Assembly: GCA_021732215.1 (NCBI GenBank)
Contig: JAKFVL010000010.1
Span: 10,547-74,546 of the forward strand
Source: Hyphomicrobiales bacterium
Lineage (GTDB): Bacteria > Pseudomonadota > Alphaproteobacteria > Rhizobiales > Xanthobacteraceae
DNA length: 64,000 nt
Direction of reading: 5' to 3'
The first letter of the stretch is position 1. Each line of letters begins with the position of its first letter. Below are positions 17,944 through 26,540 of this stretch, piece by piece. The position numbers and the translations under genes are program-made. Under the pieces are notes generated by a model that was not told where the DNA came from, ran no database searches, and worked only from the letters and a program-made list of their open reading frames with translations.

Positions 17944-19253
17944 TTCACGATCGTTACGGCCTGCCGCTCTCCACTGCGTCCGATAACGCCGCCGCGGCCT
18001 ATCTCCATGGCGTGGATTTGATGCTGTCGGCATGGCCCGGCGCGGCGGAAGCGTTCGATGCGGCCATCGCTGCCGATCCGGATTTCGCGCTGGCGCACAT
18101 TGCCCGCGCCCGCGTGCATTTTTTCTATGCGGAAGCGCAGGCCGCGCGGATTCGCTTGACCGAGGCGCGTGAACTGGTCGCGCGGCGTGGCACCGAGCGC
18201 GAGCAGAATCACGTCGAAACGCTGGCGCTCGGCATGGAAGGTCAACCGGCGAAATCTCTCGCGTGCGCGTTGGCGCATCTGGACCGCTGGCCGCGCGATG
18301 CCATCGTCATGTCGCTGCCGCTCGGTGCGTTCGGCCTGTTCGCATTTTCGGGAATGGCCGATCACGATCAGGCCCGCGTCGATCTTTGCGAGCGCCACGC
18401 GCGGCACTATGGCGACGATTGGTGGTTTCTCACCTATCACGGCTGGTCGCTGACCGAGAATGGTGACGTGGTCCGTGGCCGTGCGACGACGCAGCGCGGC
18501 TTCGATCTGCGGCGCGAGAACGCCAACGCAGCCCATGCGCTGGCGCACGCGATGTTCGAGGACGGTTCGGTGACGGACGCAGAGGCGCTGGTCGAGGACT
18601 GGCTGCCGATCTACGACCGTGCCGGCATTCTGCACGGGCACATGTCGTGGCATCAGGCGCTGGCGGCGCTGGAGCATGGCGATGCCGAGCGTGCGCTCGC
18701 GATCTACCAGGATCGCATACAGCCGAAGGTCACGACCGCGCCGCCGATCAATTCGGTGACCGACGGCACGTCGCTGTTGTGGCGGATGACAATCGAAGGG
18801 CACACGGTTCCGCAGGATATATGGGACGATGCAGCCATCCACGCCGAGCGATCGTTCCCCAATGCCGGCGTGACCTTCGCCGATGTGCATATGGCGCTGG
18901 TTGCGGCCGCCACCGGCAACAAGGCCGGCCTTGAGACACGCATCGGCACGCTCGAGAAGCGGCTCGGCGACGGGAAGCTGGCCGCCGGAGCGGTGGTCCC
19001 GGCGATCTGCCGCGCGGTGCGTGCGTTTGCGGACGGGGATTACTCCGGGTGCGCCCGGATTCTTGATCCGGTTGCCGGTGAGGTGGTACGGGTCGGCGGC
19101 AGTCATGCCCAGCGTGAGATGATCGAGGATACGCTTCTCGTTGCTCTGATGAAGAGCGGCGAGGCGCCGAAGGCGCGCGCCTTGCTCGACGGTCGGCTGC
19201 ATCGCAGGCCCTCGCTGCGGGACGCACGGTGGCGGGCCGCGGTGATGGCCTGA
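17940..19253 (+). CDS. tetratricopeptide-repeat protein (TTC38-like family)
   Basis: 437 aa from the internal ATG of ORF 17553..19253. Helical-repeat composition with HGHMSWHQALAALEHGD, as in bacterial TTC38 homologs (from memory). Confidence 0.7.
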   Translation: MIHDRYGLPLSTASDNAAAAYLHGVDLMLSAWPGAAEAFDAAIAADPDFALAHIARARVHFFYAEAQAARIRLTEARELVARRGTEREQNHVETLALGMEGQPAKSLACALAHLDRWPRDAIVMSLPLGAFGLFAFSGMADHDQARVDLCERHARHYGDDWWFLTYHGWSLTENGDVVRGRATTQRGFDLRRENANAAHALAHAMFEDGSVTDAEALVEDWLPIYDRAGILHGHMSWHQALAALEHGDAERALAIYQDRIQPKVTTAPPINSVTDGTSLLWRMTIEGHTVPQDIWDDAAIHAERSFPNAGVTFADVHMALVAAATGNKAGLETRIGTLEKRLGDGKLAAGAVVPAICRAVRAFADGDYSGCARILDPVAGEVVRVGGSHAQREMIEDTLLVALMKSGEAPKARALLDGRLHRRPSLRDARWRAAVMA

Positions 19254-19364
19254 TCGGGGATCGGTTGATGCCTTGACCCGGGCGCGCTACAGGAAGCGAC
19301 CGCTTCGCCGATCCGGGTCGTCGGGGTACTGAGAAATTCGAGTCAATTCTGTGTGGGAGCGAGA

Positions 19365-20414
19365 ATGGCGCGCAATGTCCTGATCCTTGGAGCCTCGTAT
19401 GGTTCCTTGCTGGCGACGAAGCTGTTGATGGCGGGTCACAACGTGACCCTGGTTTGCCGGAGGAATACCGCAGAACTCATCAATCGCGATGGCACCGAAG
19501 TCCGTATCAAGCTGCGTGACGAGCCGGCGCACCGTTCCATCTTCTCCCGCGATCTGCCGGGGAAACTGGACGCGACCTCGCCCGACAAGGTCGACATCTC
19601 CCGTTACGACCTGGTTGCCCTTGCCATGCAGGAGCCGCAATACACCAACCACACGATCCGGGTTCTGATGATCAAGATCGCCGCCGCGGAGCTGCCGTGT
19701 CTTTCGATCATGAACATGCCGCCGTTGCCCTATCTCAAGCGGATCGAGGGGCTGGCGGATATGGATCTCGAGGAGGCCTATACCAATGCGCAGGTATGGG
19801 AACGCTTCAAGCCGGGACTGGTGACGCTGTGCTCGCCCGATCCGCAGGCCTTCCGTCCGCCGGAAGAAGCGGCAAACGTGCTTCACGTCGGTCTGCCGAC
19901 AAATTTCAAGGCCGCGACTTTTGCGGATGAAAAGCACAACAAGCTGCTTCGGGAGCTGGAAGCGGACATCGATGCGGTGACGCTGGACGGCCACGACGTT
20001 CCCGTGAAGCTGAAAGTGTTCGATTCGCTGTTCGTTCCGTTGGCGAAATGGTCGATGCTGTTGACCGGCAATTATCGCTGCATCACGCCGAACGATCCGC
20101 AGTCGATCCGCGATGCGGTGCACGGCGACGTGAAACTCTCGCAGGCCATCTACAATCATGTCGATGCCGTTGCCCGGCGTCTGGGCGCCGACCCGCAGGA
20201 TCAGGTGCCTTTCGAGAAGTACGCCAAGGCGGCGGAGAGCCTGCTGAAACCTTCATCGGCTGCTCGCGCGGTGGCAAGCGGAGCGCCCTTTATCGAGCGG
20301 GTCGATCTGCTGGTGAAGCTGATCTCGCATGAGCTCGGCATGCCCAATGCCGACATCGATCGCACGGTTCAGGTCGTCGATCAAAAATTGAGCGAGAAGA
20401 TCGTCGAGGGCTGA
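19365..20414 (+). CDS. ketopantoate reductase (ApbA/PanE)-family NAD(P)-binding oxidoreductase
   Basis: N-terminal Rossmann motif NVLILGASYGSLLATKLLMAGHNVTLVCR; about 349 aa. Substrate specificity unknown. Confidence 0.65.
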   Translation: MARNVLILGASYGSLLATKLLMAGHNVTLVCRRNTAELINRDGTEVRIKLRDEPAHRSIFSRDLPGKLDATSPDKVDISRYDLVALAMQEPQYTNHTIRVLMIKIAAAELPCLSIMNMPPLPYLKRIEGLADMDLEEAYTNAQVWERFKPGLVTLCSPDPQAFRPPEEAANVLHVGLPTNFKAATFADEKHNKLLRELEADIDAVTLDGHDVPVKLKVFDSLFVPLAKWSMLLTGNYRCITPNDPQSIRDAVHGDVKLSQAIYNHVDAVARRLGADPQDQVPFEKYAKAAESLLKPSSAARAVASGAPFIERVDLLVKLISHELGMPNADIDRTVQVVDQKLSEKIVEG

Positions 20415-20446
20415 TCCGTCGCGCGGCACATTCAACGGTGATGCAG

Positions 20447-21472
20447 TCAACGGTGATGAATGTGCCGCTCTTCGTCGTCGTCCGGCTGCGAGCGTTCGTA
20501 TGCAGCATCCCATCTGGCAAGAGCCGGAAGACCGCCGTTGGCCATCCGTAGCTGCCTGAGCGCGACCCGGATGTTGCTCAAGGTATGCCGCCCGGCGACG
20601 GACATGTCGGCGGGGTCGCGGTCCTGCTCGACAGCGATGCGGACCTGATCCTTCAGATTTGCGAAGCGGCTATTGCCATACCGGCGCAGAATCGCCTCGA
20701 ACGAGGTGTATTTTTCCGGATCGTATGGACTGTCATGGCCGTTCGCATCCTTGGCGGGATGCGCAGGATAGAAGTAGCCGCACGGAACAAGCCCATCGGG
20801 GATCGGCTCCGTTGCCGAGTGGGTGCGGCGATGACGAAGCAAGTTTGGCAGGACGTGGGTATGCGGTCCTTCCGGACTTTTGCCATCGGCAGGCGGGATC
20901 GGCTGATACACTTCGAGCCGGCCGATCCGGGTCACGAACACGCGGTGCGGGCTGTGCGCCAGAATGAGTTGGCCCGCCGGGTTGCCCGGCGCAAACGTTT
21001 CCTGACCGCAATGGGCGCGAAGTTGTTCGGCCAGAGCGGGGTCGCCGGTCCGCACGCAGACATCGACCTGCCAGGTATCGAGTCCGATATCGAACAGGAT
21101 GTCGTTGCGGTTGCCGGGATTGAGCGCGTCATGGTCAGGGCCGAGCTCGGTCAGTGTCGCGCGGTGGTTCATCGCGCTGCGATCGCGGGGCAAGCAGATG
21201 GCAACGCGCTGGCTCCAGCTCAGGCGCGTCGCGGTTTCAAACGCAAAAAGCTGCATGCCCTCGTGCGAGTCGAGCCGAACTCCACCTCGGTTGGTCATCA
21301 CCGAGTGGTGGTCCATTTCCGCCGCTTCGCCGATATCGCGCATGAACTCGCCGATCGCGCCGAATGTGCCGAGGCTCCATTGCGTTTTCGGATTGGCGAG
21401 TTGATCGGACAGGCAGGCGGCTTCGTCGGTACCCATCGTTGTTTCCGTGCAGGTCATGCTATACTTCTTCAT
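20447..21472 (-). CDS. conserved hypothetical protein (His-rich segment HTHVLPNLLRHRRTH), last gene of the NHase-like gene string
   Basis: Long ORF 20447..21490 with good codon bias. The start is uncertain because the 5' end overlaps a palindromic repeat; MKKYSM at 21472 chosen. Confidence 0.65.
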   Translation of the reverse strand: MKKYSMTCTETTMGTDEAACLSDQLANPKTQWSLGTFGAIGEFMRDIGEAAEMDHHSVMTNRGGVRLDSHEGMQLFAFETATRLSWSQRVAICLPRDRSAMNHRATLTELGPDHDALNPGNRNDILFDIGLDTWQVDVCVRTGDPALAEQLRAHCGQETFAPGNPAGQLILAHSPHRVFVTRIGRLEVYQPIPPADGKSPEGPHTHVLPNLLRHRRTHSATEPIPDGLVPCGYFYPAHPAKDANGHDSPYDPEKYTSFEAILRRYGNSRFANLKDQVRIAVEQDRDPADMSVAGRHTLSNIRVALRQLRMANGGLPALARWDAAYERSQPDDDEERHIHHR

Positions 21473-21474
21473 TC

Positions 21475-21542
21475 GGGCATGATCTTCCAAAACCGGAATC
21501 CATCCCGGATCAAGTCCGGGACCGGCTTTTTCCGGATCATGC
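21475..21542. repeat. family-A palindromic element, longer variant, copy 2
   Basis: GGGCATGATCTTCCAAAACCGG...CCGGCTTTTTCCGGATCATGC with the inner hairpin CCCGGATCAAGTCCGGG. Confidence 0.7.
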
Positions 21543-22118
21543 TTTTGGCAGCGATACGCCGATCATGTCACCAAGCGTGACGATCCTGGCGAGTTGATCC
21601 TCCGACCAGCCGTCGGTGCCCGCCGGGCGTTGCGGCAGCACCATCCATCGGTAGTCGGCCGTTGAGTCGACGACATTGATCTTGATGTTGTCAGCCAGCG
21701 TGGTGTTGAATTCCGCGAGCAAGCCGCGCGGATCACGAACAGCACGCGATCGATAGGTCGCCGACTTGAACCAATAGGGCGGGTAGCCCAGGACGGCCCG
21801 GGGATAACAGCTGCACAGCGTGCACACGACCAGATTGTGGACGTTGCCCGCATTCTCCAGCACGCCAAGCGGCGGCATGCCCAGCATGGGGATACCGATC
21901 ATCTCGGCAGCGCGGGTGCCGTTGGCCAGCATGAGCGACTTATAAGCAGGATCGAGCCAGGCTTTCGCGACCATTCGCGCGCCCTGTCCGGGGTTGGCGC
22001 TGTCGGTCGACGCCATCTGGGCGACGAGTTCGTCGTCGGTCAGAATCTCCTTGTGCTTGAGGACTCGCAACACGGCTGCAAGCACGTCCTCACTCTTGAA
22101 ATCTTGAAACAGGGTCAT
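21537..22118 (-). CDS. nitrile hydratase alpha-subunit-like protein (Co-type CTLCSC metal site)
   Basis: VVCTLCSCYPRAVLGYPPYWFKSATYRSRAV is the NHase alpha active-site region; Thr after the first Cys is the Co-type signature. ATG at 22118 forms an ATGA overlap with the upstream ORF. Confidence 0.88.
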   Translation of the reverse strand: MTLFQDFKSEDVLAAVLRVLKHKEILTDDELVAQMASTDSANPGQGARMVAKAWLDPAYKSLMLANGTRAAEMIGIPMLGMPPLGVLENAGNVHNLVVCTLCSCYPRAVLGYPPYWFKSATYRSRAVRDPRGLLAEFNTTLADNIKINVVDSTADYRWMVLPQRPAGTDGWSEDQLARIVTLGDMIGVSLPKA

Positions 22119-22399
22119 CGCCGTTCCAGCCAATGTTCGTAGACTTCAACCACGACTGTGTCCGTATCCTTGTTTTCACCCGGCCAGATATCGTTGAGCG
22201 GGAAAGCGACATGATACAGTTCTCGCAGCGGGGCCGGCCGCGCGAATGCAAGGTCTTCAGGGTTCGGGAAATCGCCGAGATGCCGGACGATATGCCCCGT
22301 CTTGCCGCGGATGTAGTGCGGAGAGCGGATATGGACCTGGCCGCGGGTCTCGGGCCAATCGTTCTTGACATGAACCTTGTCGCCGGGCGCAAACATCAT
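22115..22399 (-). CDS. nitrile hydratase beta-subunit C-terminal (SH3-like) half, encoded as a separate ORF
   Basis: 94 aa. FAPGDKVHVKN...HIRSPHYIRGKTGHIV...LYHVAFPLNDIWP...VVVEVYEHWLE aligns by eye with the C-terminal domain of NHase beta. Confidence 0.8.
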   Translation of the reverse strand: MMFAPGDKVHVKNDWPETRGQVHIRSPHYIRGKTGHIVRHLGDFPNPEDLAFARPAPLRELYHVAFPLNDIWPGENKDTDTVVVEVYEHWLERR

Positions 22400-22728
22400 C
22401 GCGCGTTTTCCAATGCCGATCGGATTTCAGCTTCCGTCAGAACGCCCTTCTTCAGCAGGTTGGCGACGATCGATCTTATCCAGCGATTGTAATAACCGAG
22501 CCGGTGATACTCCTCTTCCGGCAGAGCCTCGAGTTCCTTGCGCAGCTCATCGACAACCATAATATTCTTGCGGCCTAGGATGAGGCGCAGCGCGTCAACC
22601 TCGCGGTCGAAAACCGACAGCGTGTGCGGATCGATATCGATCGGCTCGCACATGTACTTGCGGCTTCCGCCGATCGAATGATGAGGCCGAGCTTCCTTTG
22701 TTTCATCCTGAATGGGGTGGTCGTTCAC
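22396..22728 (-). CDS. nitrile hydratase beta-subunit N-terminal half, encoded as a separate ORF (alternatively an NHase accessory/activator-like protein)
   Basis: 110 aa. HSIGG (the HDxGG position), VVDELRKELE (the DExR position), YYNRWIRSIVANLLKKGVLT (the YYE(H/R)W...KG position). ATGA overlap with the next ORF. Confidence 0.75.
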   Translation of the reverse strand: MNDHPIQDETKEARPHHSIGGSRKYMCEPIDIDPHTLSVFDREVDALRLILGRKNIMVVDELRKELEALPEEEYHRLGYYNRWIRSIVANLLKKGVLTEAEIRSALENAR

Positions 22729-22857
22729 GATTGCCTCGGTTCAATCTCGAAGGAGATGGCTCGGACGGACTCGCCGAAACTTCTGAAACCCGATGGATAT
22801 TCTGGTCTCTCTGGCCGGGGAGTCAACCGAGGTTGCACAAATACGAGTTCACGAAAC

Positions 22858-23823
22858 TCAATTGATCTTGATGTCCGCGGACTTGATGACATCGGCCCAG
22901 AGTCTGATCTCGGCATCGATCCGTGCGCGCAGGTCTTCAGGCGAGGAGGGCGCAGCGTCGATCAGTTGCACCTTCAGCTTTTCGCGTACCTCTTGCTTGC
23001 CGAGAATCTCACGGACGTCGGCATTGATCGCCTCGATGATGGCGCGCGGGGTGCCGCCCGGCGCGATCAGCGCGTTCCAGGCGTCCGACTCCACGTCGAT
23101 ACCGCTTTCCTTGAGCGTCGGCACGTTGGGCAGATGCGGCGAGCGTTTCGACGTCGAGACGGCGAGAATTTTCACCGCGCCAGTCGCGAGCTGCGGAGTG
23201 ACCGAAATCGCCGGGAGGCAGGCCGCCTGGACGTCGCCGCGAATCACCGCGGTGACCGCCTGCGGCGACCCGGCGTAGGGGATGTGCAGCAGCTTTGCGC
23301 CGGCGCGTTGCGCGATGGCTTCCATGGTGAGATGCGACAGCGAGCCGATGCCGATCGAGCCGAACGCGACGCTGGTGTGATTGCGCTTCAGCAATGCGAG
23401 AAATTCCGCGACCGAGTTGACGCCGAGACTCAACGGCACCACCAGCACGCTGGGCAGCGTGGTCAGCATCGAGACCGGTGCGATGTCCTTTGCCGGATCG
23501 TAAGGCAGCTTTGAGAACAGCAGCGTGTTGATGGCGAGCGGCCCACCGAGCGAAATGCCGATCGTCGTGCCGTCCGGCTCGGCCTTGGCCACCGCATCGG
23601 TTCCGGTGTTGCCGCCTGCGCCCGTGCGATTCTCCACGATGACGTTGATGCCCGGATGTTTCGCCTGCAGGTTTTCGGCGAGAATTCGTCCCACGATGTC
23701 CGGCGTCGAGCCCGCGGCATAGGGCACGATCAAGCGCACCGGCTTTACCGGCCACGTTTGCGCAGCGGCCGGGCCGGCAGTGGAAACCGCGAGCAAAGCG
23801 AAAAAGGCGAAAAGGCGTTTCAT
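22858..23823 (-). CDS. Bug family (TctC-like) tripartite tricarboxylate transporter substrate-binding protein
   Basis: 321 aa. Signal peptide, then WPVKPVRLIVPYAAGSTPDIVGRILAE...NRTGAGGNTG, typical of Bug/TctC proteins. Confidence 0.9.
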   Translation of the reverse strand: MKRLFAFFALLAVSTAGPAAAQTWPVKPVRLIVPYAAGSTPDIVGRILAENLQAKHPGINVIVENRTGAGGNTGTDAVAKAEPDGTTIGISLGGPLAINTLLFSKLPYDPAKDIAPVSMLTTLPSVLVVPLSLGVNSVAEFLALLKRNHTSVAFGSIGIGSLSHLTMEAIAQRAGAKLLHIPYAGSPQAVTAVIRGDVQAACLPAISVTPQLATGAVKILAVSTSKRSPHLPNVPTLKESGIDVESDAWNALIAPGGTPRAIIEAINADVREILGKQEVREKLKVQLIDAAPSSPEDLRARIDAEIRLWADVIKSADIKIN

Positions 23824-23999
23824 CTGGCTTTCTTAAAGCGAGTTGCTTGCGAGGCCAACGCCCTTTCTCTGCATCTCGCCGTTCCGTCGCAGGCTCAGTG
23901 CACGGGCAGCATTGCGTGCAGCACCCTAAAAATGATACCGGGGCGTCAGGATAATATGGCGTGACCGGGCGAATTCGCTTCGGTCCGGTGAGGTGTCGA

Positions 24000-24584
24000 A
24001 TGGGCTTGGCGCTGATGTTGCTCGGGCTGGCGCTGTTCATGGGCGCCCATGTCTTCACGACGATGCGCGATGCGCGGGCCTCGGCGCTCGCTCTGCTGGG
24101 CGAGCCCGGGTACAAGGCGATCTACGGACTGGTTTCGCTCGCTGGCCTCGTTCTGATCTCGTGGGGCTTTTCTCAGTATCGCGCCACCGGCTGGATCAAC
24201 GTGTGGTATCCGCCGGTGGCGTTCAAGCATCTCACGCTCGCGCTGATGCTGCCCGCGTCGATCATGATCGTGGCGGCTTATATTCGCGGCCGCATCTATC
24301 TGACGCTGAAACACCCGATGCTCACCGCCGTCAAGCTGTGGGCGCTCGCGCATCTGCTCGCCAACGGCGATCTCGGCTCGATCATCCTGTTCGGATCGTT
24401 TCTCGCCTGGGCGGTCTACGACCGCATCTCGCTCAAGCATCGCACCGACGCGGGCGGACCGCCAATCCCGGTCGGCGGGATTCAGAACGATCTGATTGCG
24501 ATCGCGGTCGGGGTGGTGGTGTATCTGGCGCTCGCGTTCGCTTTTCATCCCGTTGTGATCGGCGTGCCTGTGGTCGGAGCATAA
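24000..24584 (+). CDS. NnrU family membrane protein
   Basis: Multi-pass membrane protein. HPMLTAVKLWALAHLLANGDLGSIILFGSFLAWAVYDRISLK is typical of NnrU. Start taken at MGLALM within ORF 23961..24584. Confidence 0.8.
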   Translation: MGLALMLLGLALFMGAHVFTTMRDARASALALLGEPGYKAIYGLVSLAGLVLISWGFSQYRATGWINVWYPPVAFKHLTLALMLPASIMIVAAYIRGRIYLTLKHPMLTAVKLWALAHLLANGDLGSIILFGSFLAWAVYDRISLKHRTDAGGPPIPVGGIQNDLIAIAVGVVVYLALAFAFHPVVIGVPVVGA

Positions 24585-24593
24585 GGGAATTTC

Positions 24594-25442
24594 ATGTCTG
24601 TTCAGAACAAGACCAAGCGTAAAACGGCCCCGGACATTCTGGCCCGCAAGGGCGGCGATCCGATCGTGATGCTGACGTCGTATCACGCGCATACGGCGTC
24701 GCTGGTCGATCGCTATTGCGATGTCATTCTCGTCGGCGACTCGCTCGGCAATGTGATGCACGGCTTCGAGACCACCGTGCCGGTGACGCTCGACATGATG
24801 ATCCTGCAGGGGCATGCGGTGATGCGCGGATCGCAGCAGGCGCTTGTGGTTGTCGACATGCCGTTCGGCTCCTACGAAGCGTCGAAGGAACAGGCGTTTC
24901 ATTCCGCGGTCCGTATCCTGAAGGAGACCCATTGCGGTGCGGTCAAGCTCGAGGGTGGCGCGCGCATGGCGGAAACCATCGAGTTTCTGACCACGCGGGG
25001 CATTCCGGTGATGGGTCACATCGGCCTCACGCCGCAGTCGATCAACACGCTCGGCAGTTTCAAGTCGCAGGGCAAGGAGGAGGGTGCGCAAATCGCCCGC
25101 GGCGACAATGTCACCGGCCCGATCCAGGACGACGCGCGCGCGGTTGCGCAAGCAGGGGCGTTCTCGGTGGTGATCGAAGCCGTCGCCGAACCGCTTGCGC
25201 GCCGCGTTACCGAAATCATCCCGATCCCGACCATCGGTATCGGCGCAAGTGCTGCCTGCGACGGGCAGGTGCTGGTGCTGGAAGACATGCTTGGGCTGTC
25301 GGCATGGGTGCCGAAATTCGTCAAGCGCTACGGCGATCTCGGTCCGGGTATCGAGAAGGCCATTCAAGACTACGCCAGCGAGGTTCGTTCGCGGGCGTTT
25401 CCCGGCCCCGAGCACGTCTATGGGTTGAAGCCGAAGGGCTGA
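24594..25442 (+). CDS. panB: 3-methyl-2-oxobutanoate hydroxymethyltransferase
   Basis: [14 protein letters not shown]...[14 protein letters not shown]...[10 protein letters not shown]...AVKLEGG...[14 protein letters not shown] are full-length PanB motifs. Confidence 0.93.
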   Translation: MSVQNKTKRKTAPDILARKGGDPIVMLTSYHAHTASLVDRYCDVILVGDSLGNVMHGFETTVPVTLDMMILQGHAVMRGSQQALVVVDMPFGSYEASKEQAFHSAVRILKETHCGAVKLEGGARMAETIEFLTTRGIPVMGHIGLTPQSINTLGSFKSQGKEEGAQIARGDNVTGPIQDDARAVAQAGAFSVVIEAVAEPLARRVTEIIPIPTIGIGASAACDGQVLVLEDMLGLSAWVPKFVKRYGDLGPGIEKAIQDYASEVRSRAFPGPEHVYGLKPKG

Positions 25443-25505
25443 TCGGAGCACGGAACAAAGCCCGTCCGATCCGGCTTGGTAAGGTTGAGTTTCGGAGCGA
25501 CCGAT

Positions 25506-25730
25506 ATGACCGCCTCACTTAGTGACAGCGATATTTCGATCCTGAGTGACATCGGCCAGTTTTCGGCCGAGGCAGCGGATGCGGGAAAGCAGCACGCGAT
25601 CGAGCGGTTGTGTCGCAACGGCTTCATCGCACCCAACGCTCCGGGCGGGCGGGCTAAGGCCCCTTACAGCCTGACCGCGAAGGGCGAAGAAGTGCTCACC
25701 TCTCGCGGAGCCGGGCTGAACGAAGCCTGA
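25506..25730 (+). CDS. small hypothetical protein
   Basis: 74 aa from the internal ATG of ORF 25476..25730. No recognisable motif. Confidence 0.45.
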   Translation: MTASLSDSDISILSDIGQFSAEAADAGKQHAIERLCRNGFIAPNAPGGRAKAPYSLTAKGEEVLTSRGAGLNEA

Positions 25731-25859
25731 GCCTTAACGCTTTGAACAACCTCACTTTGCCTTGCGGCTGCCACACCGCTAGGGTAACGCCTGCATTCGG
25801 GGAATAGCCAATTCGGTTGAGCGGGACGGCCTTCCAGGCAGCGACGGGGTTTGACTTAA

Positions 25860-26513
25860 GTGTCTGAATTATTTGATGAAGTCGACGAGGAAATGCGCCG
25901 TGAACGGCTCAAGAAGCTGTGGGATCGCTATTCCGTCCTCATTATCTCGGCCGTGGTTCTGATCATCGCCGGAGTCGGCGGCTGGCGTGGCTATGACTAC
26001 CTCGAGACCAAGAAGGCCCAGGAGGCTGGAGCCGCGTTCGAGGCCGCCGTCACGCTGTCGGAAGAGAACAAGTCAGCCGAGGCCGAGGCCGCCTTCAACA
26101 AGATCGCTGCCGAGGCACCAAAGGGCTATCGCACGCTGGCGCGGCTGCGCGCCGCAGCCGAGTCGGCCAAGCGCGATCCAAAGGCTGCAGCGCAGCTTTT
26201 TGACGCCGTCGCGGCCGATGCATCGGTTGGCGTCGCCGAGCAGGATCTGGCGAAGGTCCGCGCTGCGGGCCTGTTGATGGAATCGTTATCCTTTGCCGAC
26301 ATGATGCAGCGGCTTGAACCGGCCGCCGCCGCAGGGCGTACCTATCGCCATACCGCGCGCGAATTGCTCGCTCTGTCGGCCTGGCGCAACAACGATACGG
26401 CGGCCACGCGGCAGTGGCTCGACGCCATCACCGCCGACGCGCAGACGCCACCGAGCATGCGCTCACGCGCGGAAGCCCTGCAGGCCCTGCTGCCGGCGGT
26501 CGCCAAAAGCTGA
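25860..26513 (+). CDS. YfgM-like membrane-anchored TPR-like protein
   Basis: 217 aa, GTG start. One N-terminal TM segment (VLIISAVVLIIAGVGGW), then an Ala-rich helical domain. Sits upstream of der as yfgM does in E. coli. Confidence 0.7.
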   Translation: MSELFDEVDEEMRRERLKKLWDRYSVLIISAVVLIIAGVGGWRGYDYLETKKAQEAGAAFEAAVTLSEENKSAEAEAAFNKIAAEAPKGYRTLARLRAAAESAKRDPKAAAQLFDAVAADASVGVAEQDLAKVRAAGLLMESLSFADMMQRLEPAAAAGRTYRHTARELLALSAWRNNDTAATRQWLDAITADAQTPPSMRSRAEALQALLPAVAKS

Positions 26514-26540
26514 GCAAGAGTCGAGAGAGTCGAGGCAAGC

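Noticed and set aside
22115-22728. I considered whether the split NHase beta subunit is a sequencing frameshift or a pseudogene.
   Set aside because: This is not adopted as the primary reading. Both halves are intact ORFs with their own ATG, the junction is a clean ATGA overlap at the natural domain boundary, and characterised family members (SCNase, ToyJKL) have the same split. It stays listed as the refutation test for the finding.
23009-24115. A 368-aa minus-strand ORF overlaps the Bug binding-protein gene in another frame.
   Set aside because: Its translation is Arg/Pro/Ala-rich with no motifs. The alternative frame encodes a complete Bug/TctC protein with a signal peptide.
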